Positions 10,971 through 20,861 are shown, numbered from the stretch's first letter. The stretch: 64,000 bases of DNA from an uncultured Flavobacteriaceae bacterium (GCA_947494205.1 CANLUH010000004.1:152773-216772), one strand, 5' to 3'. Notes: generated by a model from the sequence alone, not told the origin. Translations and numbers: made by a program.

Positions 10971-12110
10971 TTGAATTTAAATACTCTACATGCAGATGTT
11001 ATAATAGTTGGCGGAGGCTTAGCAGGTTTATCTTGTGCTATTCACTTATCTAAACAAAACACTTCTGTTTTACTCATAGAAAAAAATAACTATCCTAAAC
11101 ATAAGGTTTGTGGTGAATATATAAGTAACGAAGTTCTACCCTATCTTAACTTTTTGGATATTGATGTGTTTAACTTAGGTGCTAAAAAAATCAATACCTT
11201 CGAATTATCTACACAGCAAAACAAATATATAACCGCAACACTACCATTAGGCGGTTTTGGCATTAGTCGTTACTGTCTAGATAATGCAATGGTAGAAAAA
11301 GCTAAAGCGCAACAGGTTGAGATTATACAAGATACTGTTGAAGATATTCGTTTTTTAGATAATACGTTTTCAGTAGGAACAAAAAGTAATGGGACTTTAC
11401 AATCAAAAATTGTTATTGGTGCTTATGGGAAACGCGCTAATTTAGATGTAAAACTAAACCGTCGTTTTATTAAAAATAAGTCGCCGTTTTTAGCAGTAAA
11501 AACACATTTAAAAGGCGAATTCCCTTCAAATACAGTAGCACTTCATAATTTTAAAGGTGGGTATTGTGGTGTTTCGAAAGTAGAAAACAACAACATCAAC
11601 CTGTGCTATATTACGAGTTTTGAAACCTTCAAAAAACATAAAAACATTGAAGACTTTCAAGAAAAAATACTGTTTCAGAATACATTTTTAAAACAAATCA
11701 TTTCTGAAACTGAACCCGTTTTCAAACAACCCTTAACCATTAGTCAAATTTCTTTCGAAACTAAAAACCCTATAGAAAATCATATCATCATGTGTGGTGA
11801 TAGCGCTGGCATGATTCATCCATTATGCGGTAATGGTATGAGTATGGCCATACGAAGTGCACAAATGGCCTCTTTAGCGATTATTGAGTTTCTTAATAGC
11901 GATATTCCTAATAGAAAAAGAATGGAAAAACAGTATCTTAGAGCATGGAACAGTGAATTTAAAACACGTTTAACAACAGGACATATTGTTGCAAAACTAT
12001 TCAGCAAACATAAAATAGCAGAAATTTTAGTATCTGGATTAAAGCGATTTCCTAAACTATTACCATTTATCATAAAACGAACACATGGTAAAACAATGCA
12101 AGTAAAATGA
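10971..12110 (+). CDS. FAD-dependent monooxygenase/oxidoreductase (SrsC-like)
   Basis: GxGxxG motif (IIVGGGLAGLSCA). Its stop overlaps the start of the methyltransferase gene. Confidence 0.7.
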   Translation: MNLNTLHADVIIVGGGLAGLSCAIHLSKQNTSVLLIEKNNYPKHKVCGEYISNEVLPYLNFLDIDVFNLGAKKINTFELSTQQNKYITATLPLGGFGISRYCLDNAMVEKAKAQQVEIIQDTVEDIRFLDNTFSVGTKSNGTLQSKIVIGAYGKRANLDVKLNRRFIKNKSPFLAVKTHLKGEFPSNTVALHNFKGGYCGVSKVENNNINLCYITSFETFKKHKNIEDFQEKILFQNTFLKQIISETEPVFKQPLTISQISFETKNPIENHIIMCGDSAGMIHPLCGNGMSMAIRSAQMASLAIIEFLNSDIPNRKRMEKQYLRAWNSEFKTRLTTGHIVAKLFSKHKIAEILVSGLKRFPKLLPFIIKRTHGKTMQVK

Positions 12111-12817
12111 GCGTATTAGTTAATACAAAATACAGAAGCGAAGAAGAAGAAATTATGGACGATTTGGATTACAATGGTCCAATACTTCATGATGCGTTAG
12201 ATAAACTTGCCAAAATAAACCATTGGTTAGGTGGAAATAAAGTAACTATAAACGGATTAAAAAAAATACTGAAACACCACCCAAAAGATAAACCAGTAAC
12301 CATTATTGATTTAGGTTGCGGAGGTGGTGATATTTTAAGAGACATTGCTAACTTTGGTAAAAAAAACGGTTATCAATTTCAATTAATTGGAATAGATGCC
12401 AATCCTAATACTGTTGAATATGCAAATAAATTATCGCATAATTACGATATTGATTTTAAAGCTATGGATATTTTTTCGGAAGACTTTAAAACACTAGAAT
12501 ACGATGTGGTGATTGCAACATTATTCTTTCATCATTTTAAAGAAGAACAACTGCTTCAATTCTTAAAACCAGTATTAAAAAAAGCCAATTTAGGTGTTGT
12601 TATTAACGATTTACACAGACACCGATTAGCCTATTATCTTTTTAAGTTAATATGCACAACGATTAGTAACAAAACCATTATAGAAGACGGATTAACGTCA
12701 GTTTTAAGAGGTTTTAAACGAAAAGATTTAATACAACTATCCAGACAACTAGATGTAAATTATACCATACAATGGAAATGGGCGTTTCGTTTTTTATGGA
12801 TTTTAAAAAATAATTAA
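12107..12817 (+). CDS. SAM-dependent methyltransferase (SrsB-like)
   Basis: Motif I IIDLGCGGGDIL; overlaps its neighbours at both ends. Confidence 0.75.
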   Translation: MSVLVNTKYRSEEEEIMDDLDYNGPILHDALDKLAKINHWLGGNKVTINGLKKILKHHPKDKPVTIIDLGCGGGDILRDIANFGKKNGYQFQLIGIDANPNTVEYANKLSHNYDIDFKAMDIFSEDFKTLEYDVVIATLFFHHFKEEQLLQFLKPVLKKANLGVVINDLHRHRLAYYLFKLICTTISNKTIIEDGLTSVLRGFKRKDLIQLSRQLDVNYTIQWKWAFRFLWILKNN

Positions 12818-12844
12818 AGTGCCTTAGTACCACTAAAAATAAAT

Positions 12845-13897
12845 ATGAGCGTAAAAATAACAGCAGTAGCAAAACAATTACCGCAATATAGCCGTGAAAC
12901 CAAAGACATTATTCCGTTATTAAAGGTTTGGCTAGAGGGTAAAGAAGAGCGTTTTCAAAGAAAAGTTGTGAAGCTTTTTGAAGGTGCTGGTGTAGACAAA
13001 CGCTATTCTATTATGGATCCTTTGGAGGTATTTACTAAAACATCTTTTGAAGAAAAAAATGACATTTACGCTAGCGAAGTAGTTAAATTAGGAGAACAAT
13101 CGCTTATAAAAGCATTACACAAAGCAAACCTACAACCCACAGACATAGATTATATTATTACGGTAAGCTGTACAGGAATTATGATTCCTTCTATGGATGC
13201 CTACCTTATTAATAATTTAAAAATGAAACAAGACATTGTACGTTTACCCGTTACCGAAATGGGTTGTGCAGCAGGTGTTTCAGGAATTATTTATGCCAAG
13301 AACTTTTTAAAAGCAAACCCCAATAAACGTGCTGCAGTCATTGCTGTAGAAGCGCCAACGGCAACGTTTCAGTTAGACGATTATTCTATGGTAAATATTG
13401 TTAGTGCTGCTATTTTTGGAGATGGTGCTTCTACTGTTATATTGTCTTCTCATGAGAATGAAACAGGACCAAAAATTATAGACGAAGCCATGTATCATTT
13501 CTACGATAAAGAAAACATGATGGGCTTTAAATTAGTGAATACAGGTTTACAAATGATTTTAGATAAGGAAGTACCAGAAACTATTGCGGCACATTTTCCA
13601 AACATAATTCATCCGTTTTTAAAACAAAACGATTTAACTATCGAAGACATTAATCATCTTATATTTCATCCTGGCGGGAAAAAAATAGTACAAACTGTAG
13701 AACAATTATTCGGTGTTTTGGGTAAAAACATAGACGACACCAAAGCCGTTTTAAAATTATACGGTAATATGAGTAGTGCCACTGTTTTGTATGTTTTAGA
13801 GCGTTTTATGGATAAACAATTACCCAAAGGAGACCGCGGCATCATGTTAAGTTTTGGTCCAGGGTTTTCGGCACAACGTATTTTATTAGAATGGTAG
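12845..13897 (+). CDS. type III polyketide synthase (alkylresorcinol/alkylpyrone synthase-like, SrsA-like)
   Basis: Chalcone-synthase-like fold with an active-site Cys in the MGCAAGVSG context. 350 aa, which is distinct from FabH. Confidence 0.8.
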   Translation: MSVKITAVAKQLPQYSRETKDIIPLLKVWLEGKEERFQRKVVKLFEGAGVDKRYSIMDPLEVFTKTSFEEKNDIYASEVVKLGEQSLIKALHKANLQPTDIDYIITVSCTGIMIPSMDAYLINNLKMKQDIVRLPVTEMGCAAGVSGIIYAKNFLKANPNKRAAVIAVEAPTATFQLDDYSMVNIVSAAIFGDGASTVILSSHENETGPKIIDEAMYHFYDKENMMGFKLVNTGLQMILDKEVPETIAAHFPNIIHPFLKQNDLTIEDINHLIFHPGGKKIVQTVEQLFGVLGKNIDDTKAVLKLYGNMSSATVLYVLERFMDKQLPKGDRGIMLSFGPGFSAQRILLEW

Positions 13898-13898
13898 T

Positions 13899-14696
13899 AT
13901 GACACAGGAATTTAAACATAAAAATTATTGGGCATTAATTCTAGGAGGTTCTAGCGGTCTCGGTTTAGCAACGGCAAAAAAACTAGCTAAACACGGTATG
14001 AATATCTGTATTATTTATAGAAACCCAAGACATCAAGAAGATACAATTACTTCAGAGTTTAATAATATTAAAGCAGAAGGTGTTGCATTTAAAGCGTTTA
14101 ATGTTGATGCATTTAAAGCAGAAAAACGACAAACTATCATTTCAGAGTTACAAGATTTTTTTGGTACAGAAGGCAAAATAAGAACGCTGGTACATAGTGT
14201 CGCAAAAGGCAATTTAAAACCTATGATTTCTGAAGACAAACCCATGCTACAAACAGACGATTTTAATTTAACCATAAATGCCATGGCTATTAGTTTGTAC
14301 GATTGGACTAAAGCCCTTTTTGAAGCACAATTATTCGCCAACGATACTCGAATTATAAGTTTTACAAGTGAAGGTAATACTAAAGCTTGGCAAAATTACG
14401 CAGCAGTTTCGGCTGCAAAAGTAACTTTAGAAGCCATTACTAGAAATATCGCTTTAGAATTTGCACCTTTTGGTATTAGAGCCAATTGTATTCAAGCTGG
14501 TGTTACAGACACTGCTTCTTTACGTAAAATTCCTGGAAGCGAACAGCTAAAAGCACATAGTCTAAAACGAAATCCGTTTAAACGATTAACACAACCTGAA
14601 GACGTCGCGAATGCTGTGTATTTACTTTGCAAAGACGAAGCCCGTTGGATTAACGGCTGTGTAATTCCCGTAGATGGAGGCGAACATATTAGCTAA
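13899..14696 (+). CDS. SDR family reductase (enoyl/ketoacyl-ACP reductase-like)
   Basis: Gly-rich NAD(P) motif ILGGSSGLGLA and a YxxxK-type region (YAAVSAAK). Confidence 0.75.
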   Translation: MTQEFKHKNYWALILGGSSGLGLATAKKLAKHGMNICIIYRNPRHQEDTITSEFNNIKAEGVAFKAFNVDAFKAEKRQTIISELQDFFGTEGKIRTLVHSVAKGNLKPMISEDKPMLQTDDFNLTINAMAISLYDWTKALFEAQLFANDTRIISFTSEGNTKAWQNYAAVSAAKVTLEAITRNIALEFAPFGIRANCIQAGVTDTASLRKIPGSEQLKAHSLKRNPFKRLTQPEDVANAVYLLCKDEARWINGCVIPVDGGEHIS

Positions 14697-14702
14697 AAAA
14701 AT

Positions 14703-15158
14703 ATGAACAGTCAAGACATTATAAACCAATTACCCTATACGCCTCCATTTCTATTTGTGGACGGCATTAGCGCCGTTTCTAATGAAGGCATCACAGGACA
14801 TTACACGTTTAAAAAAGACGCTTATTTTTATAAAGGCCATTTTAAAAATAATCCCATGACCCCTGGCGTTATACTTACAGAATGTATGGCGCAAATTGGC
14901 TTGGTTTGTTTAGGTATTTATCTCTTGAAAGATAGTCTTTCGGATGAAAATGCACCACAAATTGCGCTAACGTCAAATACTGTAGATTTCTTTTTACCCG
15001 TATTACCAGAAGAAACGGTGACTGTAGTTTCAGAAAAACAAGTGTTTCGTTTTAATAAATTAAAATGCAGTGTAAAACTCTTTAATGCCAAAAACGAACT
15101 CGTTTGTAGAGGACAAATTTCGGGAATGTTGCATACTAATTCTACAACAATAACATGA
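14703..15158 (+). CDS. FabZ/FabA-like 3-hydroxyacyl-ACP dehydratase (hotdog fold)
   Basis: Motif HFKNNPMTPGVILTECMAQIG matches the FabZ catalytic-His region. Confidence 0.75.
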   Translation: MNSQDIINQLPYTPPFLFVDGISAVSNEGITGHYTFKKDAYFYKGHFKNNPMTPGVILTECMAQIGLVCLGIYLLKDSLSDENAPQIALTSNTVDFFLPVLPEETVTVVSEKQVFRFNKLKCSVKLFNAKNELVCRGQISGMLHTNSTTIT

Positions 15159-16426
15159 AAACAAGAGTCGTTATAACAGGTTTAGGAGTTGTTGCACCAA
15201 ATGGTGTTGGGATTGATGCCTTTACCAAAGCTATTAAACAAGGACAATCTGGGATTACGTACCATCAAAATCTAAAAGACTTAAATTTTTCGTGCTGTAT
15301 TGGTGGTATTCCAACCATTTCTGAAGCTAAAAAATTAGAATACTTAACACCTTTACAATTACGAGGCTTTAATAGCAATGGTATTTTATACGGTTGTATT
15401 GCAGGTATGGACGCTTGGACAAATGCTGGATTATCAATTAATTCTGAAAGCGCGTTAGATTTCGATAGTGGAACTATTTTTGGAGCTGGCACTTCTGGCG
15501 TAGATAAGTTTAGAGAAGCCATTTATAAAATAGACGATAAACAAGTAAAACGTTTAGGTAGCACAGCAGTAGTGCAAACTATGGCAAGTGGTGTTAGTGC
15601 TTTTTTAGGTGGTATTTTAGGTTTAGGGAACCAAGTAACTACAAACTCTTCGGCCTGTACAACTGGAACCGAAGCCATTTTAATGGGTTATGAACGCATT
15701 AAAAACGGACAAGCTAAACGTATGCTTGTTGGTAGTTGTAGCGATGACGGCCCCTACATTTGGGGTGGTTTCGACGCCATGCGTGTTATGGCTTATAAAT
15801 ACAATGATGCACCAGAAGATGGTTCAAGACCATTAAGTGATTCTGCCAACGGATTCGTTCCTGGAAGCGGCGCTGGTGCTTTGGTTTTAGAATCTTTAGA
15901 AAGCGCGCAAGAACGTAACGCGACTATTTATGCCGAAGTATTAGGTGGTACTATTAATTCTGGCGGACAACGTAATGGTGGCACATTGACTGCGCCAAAT
16001 CCAAAAGCGGTACAACGTTGCATTACAGACGCCATAACGCATGCGAATATAACGCCACAAGATATTGATGCCATAAACGGGCATTTAACAGCAACGTCTA
16101 AAGATGCATTAGAAATTGAAAATTGGACAAAAGCCTTACAATTAAATGGAAGTGATTTTCCTTATATTAATACTTTAAAATCGATGACGGGACATTGTTT
16201 AGCTGCCGCAGGAAGTATAGAAAGTGTTGCTACCGTTTTACAACTTAGTAATCAATTTATATTTCCTAATATTAATTGCGATACTGTACACCCTGAGATT
16301 TTAAAATTAATTACTGAAGACCGGATTCCTAAAACACTATTAAAAACCAACATTAATATTATTACAAAAGCAAGTTTTGGTTTTGGAGATGTTAATGGTT
16401 GTGTTATCTTTAAAAAGTATACTTAA
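15155..16426 (+). CDS. beta-ketoacyl-ACP synthase (KAS I/II family)
   Basis: Active-site Cys in NSSACTTGTEAI and the GHxxxAAG motif (MTGHCLAAAG). Confidence 0.85.
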   Translation: MKTRVVITGLGVVAPNGVGIDAFTKAIKQGQSGITYHQNLKDLNFSCCIGGIPTISEAKKLEYLTPLQLRGFNSNGILYGCIAGMDAWTNAGLSINSESALDFDSGTIFGAGTSGVDKFREAIYKIDDKQVKRLGSTAVVQTMASGVSAFLGGILGLGNQVTTNSSACTTGTEAILMGYERIKNGQAKRMLVGSCSDDGPYIWGGFDAMRVMAYKYNDAPEDGSRPLSDSANGFVPGSGAGALVLESLESAQERNATIYAEVLGGTINSGGQRNGGTLTAPNPKAVQRCITDAITHANITPQDIDAINGHLTATSKDALEIENWTKALQLNGSDFPYINTLKSMTGHCLAAAGSIESVATVLQLSNQFIFPNINCDTVHPEILKLITEDRIPKTLLKTNINIITKASFGFGDVNGCVIFKKYT

Positions 16427-16635
16427 CAAAAGAATATTCGACGTCAGTTCGAATGATTCTGAAGCATGAGGAATCGTATCGAGAACTAATTCTGAATAAA
16501 AATCCTTATTCTCGATACAAATTTTACTCATTCTCAATCGTATAAATGCACTCGAATTGACGAATTTTATAATAATGTAAATGAGTTACATAAAAACTAA
16601 CTATAAAAAGATTCCCGCCTACCTGGGAAGTGAGC

Positions 16636-16887
16636 ATGACAACAGAAGCACTAATTACTAAATTAAAAACCATCGTTAAGCCTTATATTCAAGATGAAGC
16701 AGCGTTTAACAATCTTACCGAAGAGACCGATTTTATTAACGATTTAAAAATAAATTCTGCCAACTTAGTAGATGTAGTTTTGGACATTGAAGATGAATTT
16801 GATATTAGACTTGAAAACGACGATATGGAAAAAATGCTAAATGTAAAAGCAGCCATGGACATTGTTAACGAAAAATTGAAAGGGTAA
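16636..16887 (+). CDS. acyl carrier protein
   Basis: 84-aa acidic protein with a DLKINSANLVDVV phosphopantetheine-attachment Ser context. The track ORF starts at GTG 16630; the ATG at 16636 is more likely the start. Confidence 0.75.
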   Translation: MTTEALITKLKTIVKPYIQDEAAFNNLTEETDFINDLKINSANLVDVVLDIEDEFDIRLENDDMEKMLNVKAAMDIVNEKLKG

Positions 16888-17468
16888 TGATTGGTAATGA
16901 CATTGTCGATTTAAAACAAGCTGCTAAAGATTCTAATTGGCAACGCCCGCGTTTTTTAGATAAAGTGTTTACCAAACACGAACAACATTATATTAATACG
17001 TCTCAACAAAAACATGAAATGGTTTGGCTATTATGGAGCATGAAAGAGGCTGCTTATAAAATTCATGTACAGCAATTTGGAACGCGTTTTTTTAATCCTA
17101 AAAAATTGAATTGCACACTAAATTCTGATACTACAGGCATAGTTTCGATTGACAATCTCAGTTATAAAACTAAATCTATAATTACTGAAGACTATATTTA
17201 TACAACTGCAACTTCTGAAGATGTAAACACAATAACAAGTACTTGTTTTGAAATTGAGACCACTGATTATAAAATGCAATCAAAAACACTTAAATCTCGA
17301 TTTTTACAAGATTTTGCTAAAACCAATGCTATAGCTTTAAACAATTTATCTTTAACTAAAAGTGAAATTGGAATACCTCAACTATTTAAAGACAATATTA
17401 AAGTTGACTTGTCTTTATCGTTTACGCATCATGGAATGTTTTGTGGGTATGGGTATTGTAAACGATAA
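16887..17468 (+). CDS. 4'-phosphopantetheinyl transferase
   Basis: PPTase motifs GNDIVD and WSMKEAAYK. The start overlaps the ACP stop. Confidence 0.7.
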   Translation: MIGNDIVDLKQAAKDSNWQRPRFLDKVFTKHEQHYINTSQQKHEMVWLLWSMKEAAYKIHVQQFGTRFFNPKKLNCTLNSDTTGIVSIDNLSYKTKSIITEDYIYTTATSEDVNTITSTCFEIETTDYKMQSKTLKSRFLQDFAKTNAIALNNLSLTKSEIGIPQLFKDNIKVDLSLSFTHHGMFCGYGYCKR

Positions 17469-17503
17469 AATCATTGTACGATAGTTTTGTCGTACAATAC
17501 GTC

Positions 17504-18220
17504 TTATTCTGCAAATACAATAGTTGTATCTTCTAGTTTATGTTCAATAATATACCTTGCCAAATTACACCAAATGGTTACACGGTCTAAAATCCAAGCA
17601 TCTGAAGTTATGACGACAGCTTCACTTTCGGCTAAATAGTTGTCGGGATTATTTTCTAAAATAATGTCCCAATTATAGTTTTCTTGCTCTGCTAATTCTC
17701 GTAGTTTAGTTTTTAATCGTCCACTATTAGACACTGGTTTGTCTAAAACCCAAAGTACACTTTTCACCTCAGCTTGTTTTAAAACGGCCCCAATTAGTAA
17801 TAACGCTTGCTCTGTTTGTTGTACACGTTTATACGTGCCATAAACACTAGATAAATCGCGATAACAATGATCTAATCCTTTAAATATATACCCTTGAGAT
17901 AAGGCACTTTCTAAAATAATAATGAGATTAAAACCATCGATAATAATATCTTTACCTTTTAAAGCTTCTAGAGTAATACAAGTAGATACACGTTGTTCTA
18001 TTTGTTCTTTTGAAGCACTCATACCTTGCAGAGCTTGTTGCTGTCTTACATTAAGTCGGTATCTGTTTCCTACTAATTGTACAGATGATTTTTGAGCATA
18101 ACCTCTAGATAGCAAGTAACACATATCTGTTACAGCCTCTTTAAGTTTTTCTTGCATTTTTAGAGTCCCAAACAATAAATCGTCTCTCCCCTCTTTTCCT
18201 CTATTTTTTAGGTTGCTCAT
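17504..18220 (-). CDS. hypothetical protein
   Basis: 238-aa ORF with no recognised motif. It borders the island's left edge. Confidence 0.4.
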   Translation of the reverse strand: MSNLKNRGKEGRDDLLFGTLKMQEKLKEAVTDMCYLLSRGYAQKSSVQLVGNRYRLNVRQQQALQGMSASKEQIEQRVSTCITLEALKGKDIIIDGFNLIIILESALSQGYIFKGLDHCYRDLSSVYGTYKRVQQTEQALLLIGAVLKQAEVKSVLWVLDKPVSNSGRLKTKLRELAEQENYNWDIILENNPDNYLAESEAVVITSDAWILDRVTIWCNLARYIIEHKLEDTTIVFAE

Positions 18221-18326
18221 TCTATTTATATTCTTTGAAAGACTGTTTTGTTTTTAATTGGGTTTCGCCTTTAGCCTGTCTTGAGCGGAGTCGAAAGGCT
18301 CAACCTGACATAATTAATACTTAAAA

Positions 18327-18378
18327 TAAAGTAAGCGAGATTCGAACCCGCATCTCCTGCGTGACAGGCAGGTGTTTT
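18327..18378 (-). pseudogene. 3'-terminal fragment (~50 nt: anticodon stem through acceptor 3' strand) of tRNA-Asp(GTC); direct repeat of the intact gene at 19021-19092
   Basis: aaagtaagcgagaYtcgaacccgcatctcctgcgtgacaggcaggtgtttt is identical, bar one nucleotide, to the 3' half of the downstream tRNA-Asp. The upstream D-arm/acceptor 5' side is diverged and does not fold. Confidence 0.55.
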
Positions 18379-18517
18379 CCGATTATTATTAGTGCTTTCT
18401 TTGTTTTTATATACCCAATCATTCAAAGTTCGAGCTTTATTTATGAATGCTTATTAAAAGATGAAATCAGTTCTTTATTTTTCTTATCCAATAATAAAAT
18501 ACATTTCTAGACCTTTT

Positions 18518-18895
18518 TTATTTTTTCATAATTTGCTCAACATATCTTTTATGGTTTTCATATCCATTCTTCTTTGGATTTTTCAAATCTATCATACTTC
18601 CTAATCCTGTATCGAAAATTTGCCAATCATGAAGTTTTGCAAGTTCAATCAATTCAAACAACCCATTTTCACCATATAAACTCAGCATCATATTACTTAC
18701 TGGCTCATTACTAATAAAAAAGTCAATCGAGAAGTCTTTTCCTTTTATCTCTCGATGATTCTCATCTTCAATAATATCACTAAATGAACTTTCAAGAATT
18801 CCTGTAAAATCAATCGATTCAAGTTTACCTTCGTCCAATTCTTCAATTGATTTAATAATCTCCTTTGACTTAAATATTACAATATCCCAGCTCAT
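18518..18895 (-). CDS. hypothetical protein
   Basis: 125-aa acidic ORF lying between the tRNA-Asp fragment and the intact tRNA-Asp. Confidence 0.35.
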   Translation of the reverse strand: MSWDIVIFKSKEIIKSIEELDEGKLESIDFTGILESSFSDIIEDENHREIKGKDFSIDFFISNEPVSNMMLSLYGENGLFELIELAKLHDWQIFDTGLGSMIDLKNPKKNGYENHKRYVEQIMKK

Positions 18896-19020
18896 ATTTT
18901 ATTTAGTTAATTTTTTCAACAATCTAATATTTCAAATATAGTAAATCGTTGAGATTATGTATTACTGATATAATCCATTTTAAGTATTCTTTTCGATAGA
19001 AGAATTATTGTAAAGTAAGC

Positions 19021-19092
19021 GAGACTCGAACCCGCATCTCCTGCGTGACAGGCAGGTGTTTTTCCAGTTAAACTATTACTTTCTTTATTTGA
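19021..19092 (-). tRNA. tRNA-Asp(GTC)
   Basis: Manual cloverleaf: acceptor AAAGTAA/TTACTTT, D-stem GTTT/AAAC, anticodon arm CCTGC-CTGTCAC-GCAGG, T-arm GCGGG-TTCGAGT-CTCGC. Confidence 0.7.
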
Positions 19093-19102
19093 TGAAGTAG
19101 GC

Positions 19103-19175
19103 GAGATTCGAACTCGCAACCTCCTACCTGGCAGGCAGGCGCTCTTCCCATTGAGCTACTACTTCTTGTATTATT
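19103..19175 (-). tRNA. tRNA-Gly(GCC)
   Basis: Acceptor GAAGTAG/CTACTTC, D-arm GCTC-AATGGGAA-GAGC, anticodon loop CTGCCAG, T-arm GCGAG-TTCGAAT-CTCGC. Confidence 0.7.
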
Positions 19176-19180
19176 ATTAG

Positions 19181-19250
19181 GAAAGTACATTGGACTCGAA
19201 CCAATATTTCGGGTATGAGACCGACGATTTCCAGTTATCTTAGTACTTTC
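19181..19250 (-). tRNA. tRNA-like element with CAT-containing anticodon-like loop (degenerate; possible Met-like pseudogene)
   Basis: Perfect 7-8 bp acceptor (GAAAGTA/TACTTTC) and a good T-arm (ATTGG-TTCGAGT-CCAAT). The D-arm and anticodon stem do not pair canonically. Confidence 0.3.
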
Positions 19251-19402
19251 TTTTTGGGGAATGAGCAGGATTACTCACGCCATTTTATTTTTGTTAATAG
19301 GTGTTCATGAATACTTCGTATTTGAACCCGCATATACAACTTGGCTAGTTGTCGTTTTCCATATTTTAACCACCATTCCCATTTATATCATTAAAAAAAG
19401 TA

Positions 19403-19475
19403 AAGCGCATGTGAGGCTCGAACTCACGACCCTTAGGTTGTCTGCCTAATGCTCTTCCAACTGAGCTAACACGCT
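19403..19475 (-). tRNA. tRNA-Val(GAC)-like with A at position 33
   Basis: Acceptor with two G-U pairs, D-arm GCTC-AGTTGGAA-GAGC, anticodon arm TTAGG-CAGACAA-CCTAA, T-arm GTGAG-TTCGAGC-CTCAC. The track ORF 19261-19449 is an artefact overlapping this and other elements. Confidence 0.5.
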
Positions 19476-19485
19476 TTACAGTATT

Positions 19486-20853
19486 TTACCACGGACTTAC
19501 TTTATAATCTTTTAATAACGTTCCTACTAATATAGCATTTCCATTTAAGGCCTCTATAATTGGATACAATATTCTTGCTGCTCCATCTACTGAATCTAAA
19601 GGCGGAATATAGCCTTCTTCAAATTGTTTTTTACGCAATGCTTCTTTTGCTCCAGTAGAGATCCAACCCACATCTACTGCGTACATATAAATGTTATCTT
19701 TTTTATAATCTGTTCCAGACGTTTTTGTTAGCATATTTAATGCGGCTTTTGTCATATTAGTATGCGGATGAAAAATCGTTTTATTACTATAGTTAAAAAT
19801 ACCTTCAGAAGAGGTCACATTAATAATAAAACGTTGATTAAATTCTGAATTCTTAAACAATGGAGTCAATTCTTTAATCATAAAATAAGGCGATATTTGA
19901 TTAATTAAATTCACTTCTAACAACTCGTACATAGACACTTCTTCTAGCGTAGAATTCCAACTTGTTTTGGTACGTTCATCTACGGGTTGCCCAAATCTAT
20001 TCATTTCGAAATCTTTATTTTCTGATGTATCTGCTAAGAGTTTCACATCTTCTATAACTGCTGTTTCATTTGGAATTAAATGTGTTTCTCCAGTATATGA
20101 TTCTACTAACTTCTGCTCTTTTTTTACTATTGGCAAGTAATAATTATCATCGTATTTTATTGTTTGTGCTGCATTATTTATAAGAATATCTAAAGTGCTG
20201 TACTTCGATTTGTAATAAGAAATAAAGTGTTCTACTGCTTTTAAATTACGTAAATCTAATCCGTAAATAGTAAGCCTATCTTTCCATAAGTTATAATCGC
20301 TTTCTTTTTTAAAACCTTCTAATGCTAGAGCTGGAAAACGTGTGGTTAACATAACATTTGCATCGGCTCGTAATAATTTTAAAGCGGTTGCAAATCCTAC
20401 TTTTACGCGACCTCCAGTAATAATAACATTTCTATTTTTTAAATCTACTGTTTTAAAACGTTGGTTGTAATTAAATTCTGCGCAGTCTGGACATAAACGG
20501 TTATAGAAAAAATGTAACTTATTGAAATCGGTACCACAACAATAACATCCTTTTGATTTATTTAATAGTTTATAAGTAGTATCCTCCTTGTTATCATCTG
20601 CATATAGCGTTTTATTTCCCAATGCATTTTTTGAAATTACAGTACTTTTTATTGTTACTATATCTTCGGCTTTTACTTTAGTAAAAGCTTCTTTTGTTTT
20701 ATATTTTTTTGCTGTTTTATAAACCTTGGTTATTAATCCTGATAGTAGTGGGTTATCGGGATTATTAAATGGGTCTTTTTTAAGTTCGTTTAAAACCTTA
20801 ATACAGTGTTCCCATTCTTCTTGAGTGTAATTATATGATTCGAATGTATTCAT
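19486..20853 (-). CDS. Zn-ribbon-fused SDR-like oxidoreductase
   Basis: N-terminal CxxC...CxxC (CYCCG...CPDC) followed by a Rossmann motif ITGGRVKVGFATALKLL and NNAAQ. Catalytic residues are atypical. Confidence 0.55.
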   Translation of the reverse strand: MNTFESYNYTQEEWEHCIKVLNELKKDPFNNPDNPLLSGLITKVYKTAKKYKTKEAFTKVKAEDIVTIKSTVISKNALGNKTLYADDNKEDTTYKLLNKSKGCYCCGTDFNKLHFFYNRLCPDCAEFNYNQRFKTVDLKNRNVIITGGRVKVGFATALKLLRADANVMLTTRFPALALEGFKKESDYNLWKDRLTIYGLDLRNLKAVEHFISYYKSKYSTLDILINNAAQTIKYDDNYYLPIVKKEQKLVESYTGETHLIPNETAVIEDVKLLADTSENKDFEMNRFGQPVDERTKTSWNSTLEEVSMYELLEVNLINQISPYFMIKELTPLFKNSEFNQRFIINVTSSEGIFNYSNKTIFHPHTNMTKAALNMLTKTSGTDYKKDNIYMYAVDVGWISTGAKEALRKKQFEEGYIPPLDSVDGAARILYPIIEALNGNAILVGTLLKDYKVSPW

Positions 20854-20861
20854 CTTTACTA

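Noticed and set aside
16340-16537. 65-aa minus-strand ORF between the KAS and ACP genes, and the inverted repeat gaatcgtatcgagaa...ttctcgatacaa at 16470-16520
   Set aside because: The ORF is antisense and overlaps the KAS 3' end. The inverted repeat is more plausibly a transcriptional attenuator or terminator-like hairpin in the KAS-ACP spacer than a gene. It is too isolated to call.
19261-19449. 62-aa plus-strand ORF
   Set aside because: It overlaps the tRNA-like element at 19181-19250, one copy of the palindromic repeat and the Val-like tRNA. It has no RBS context and is most likely non-coding.
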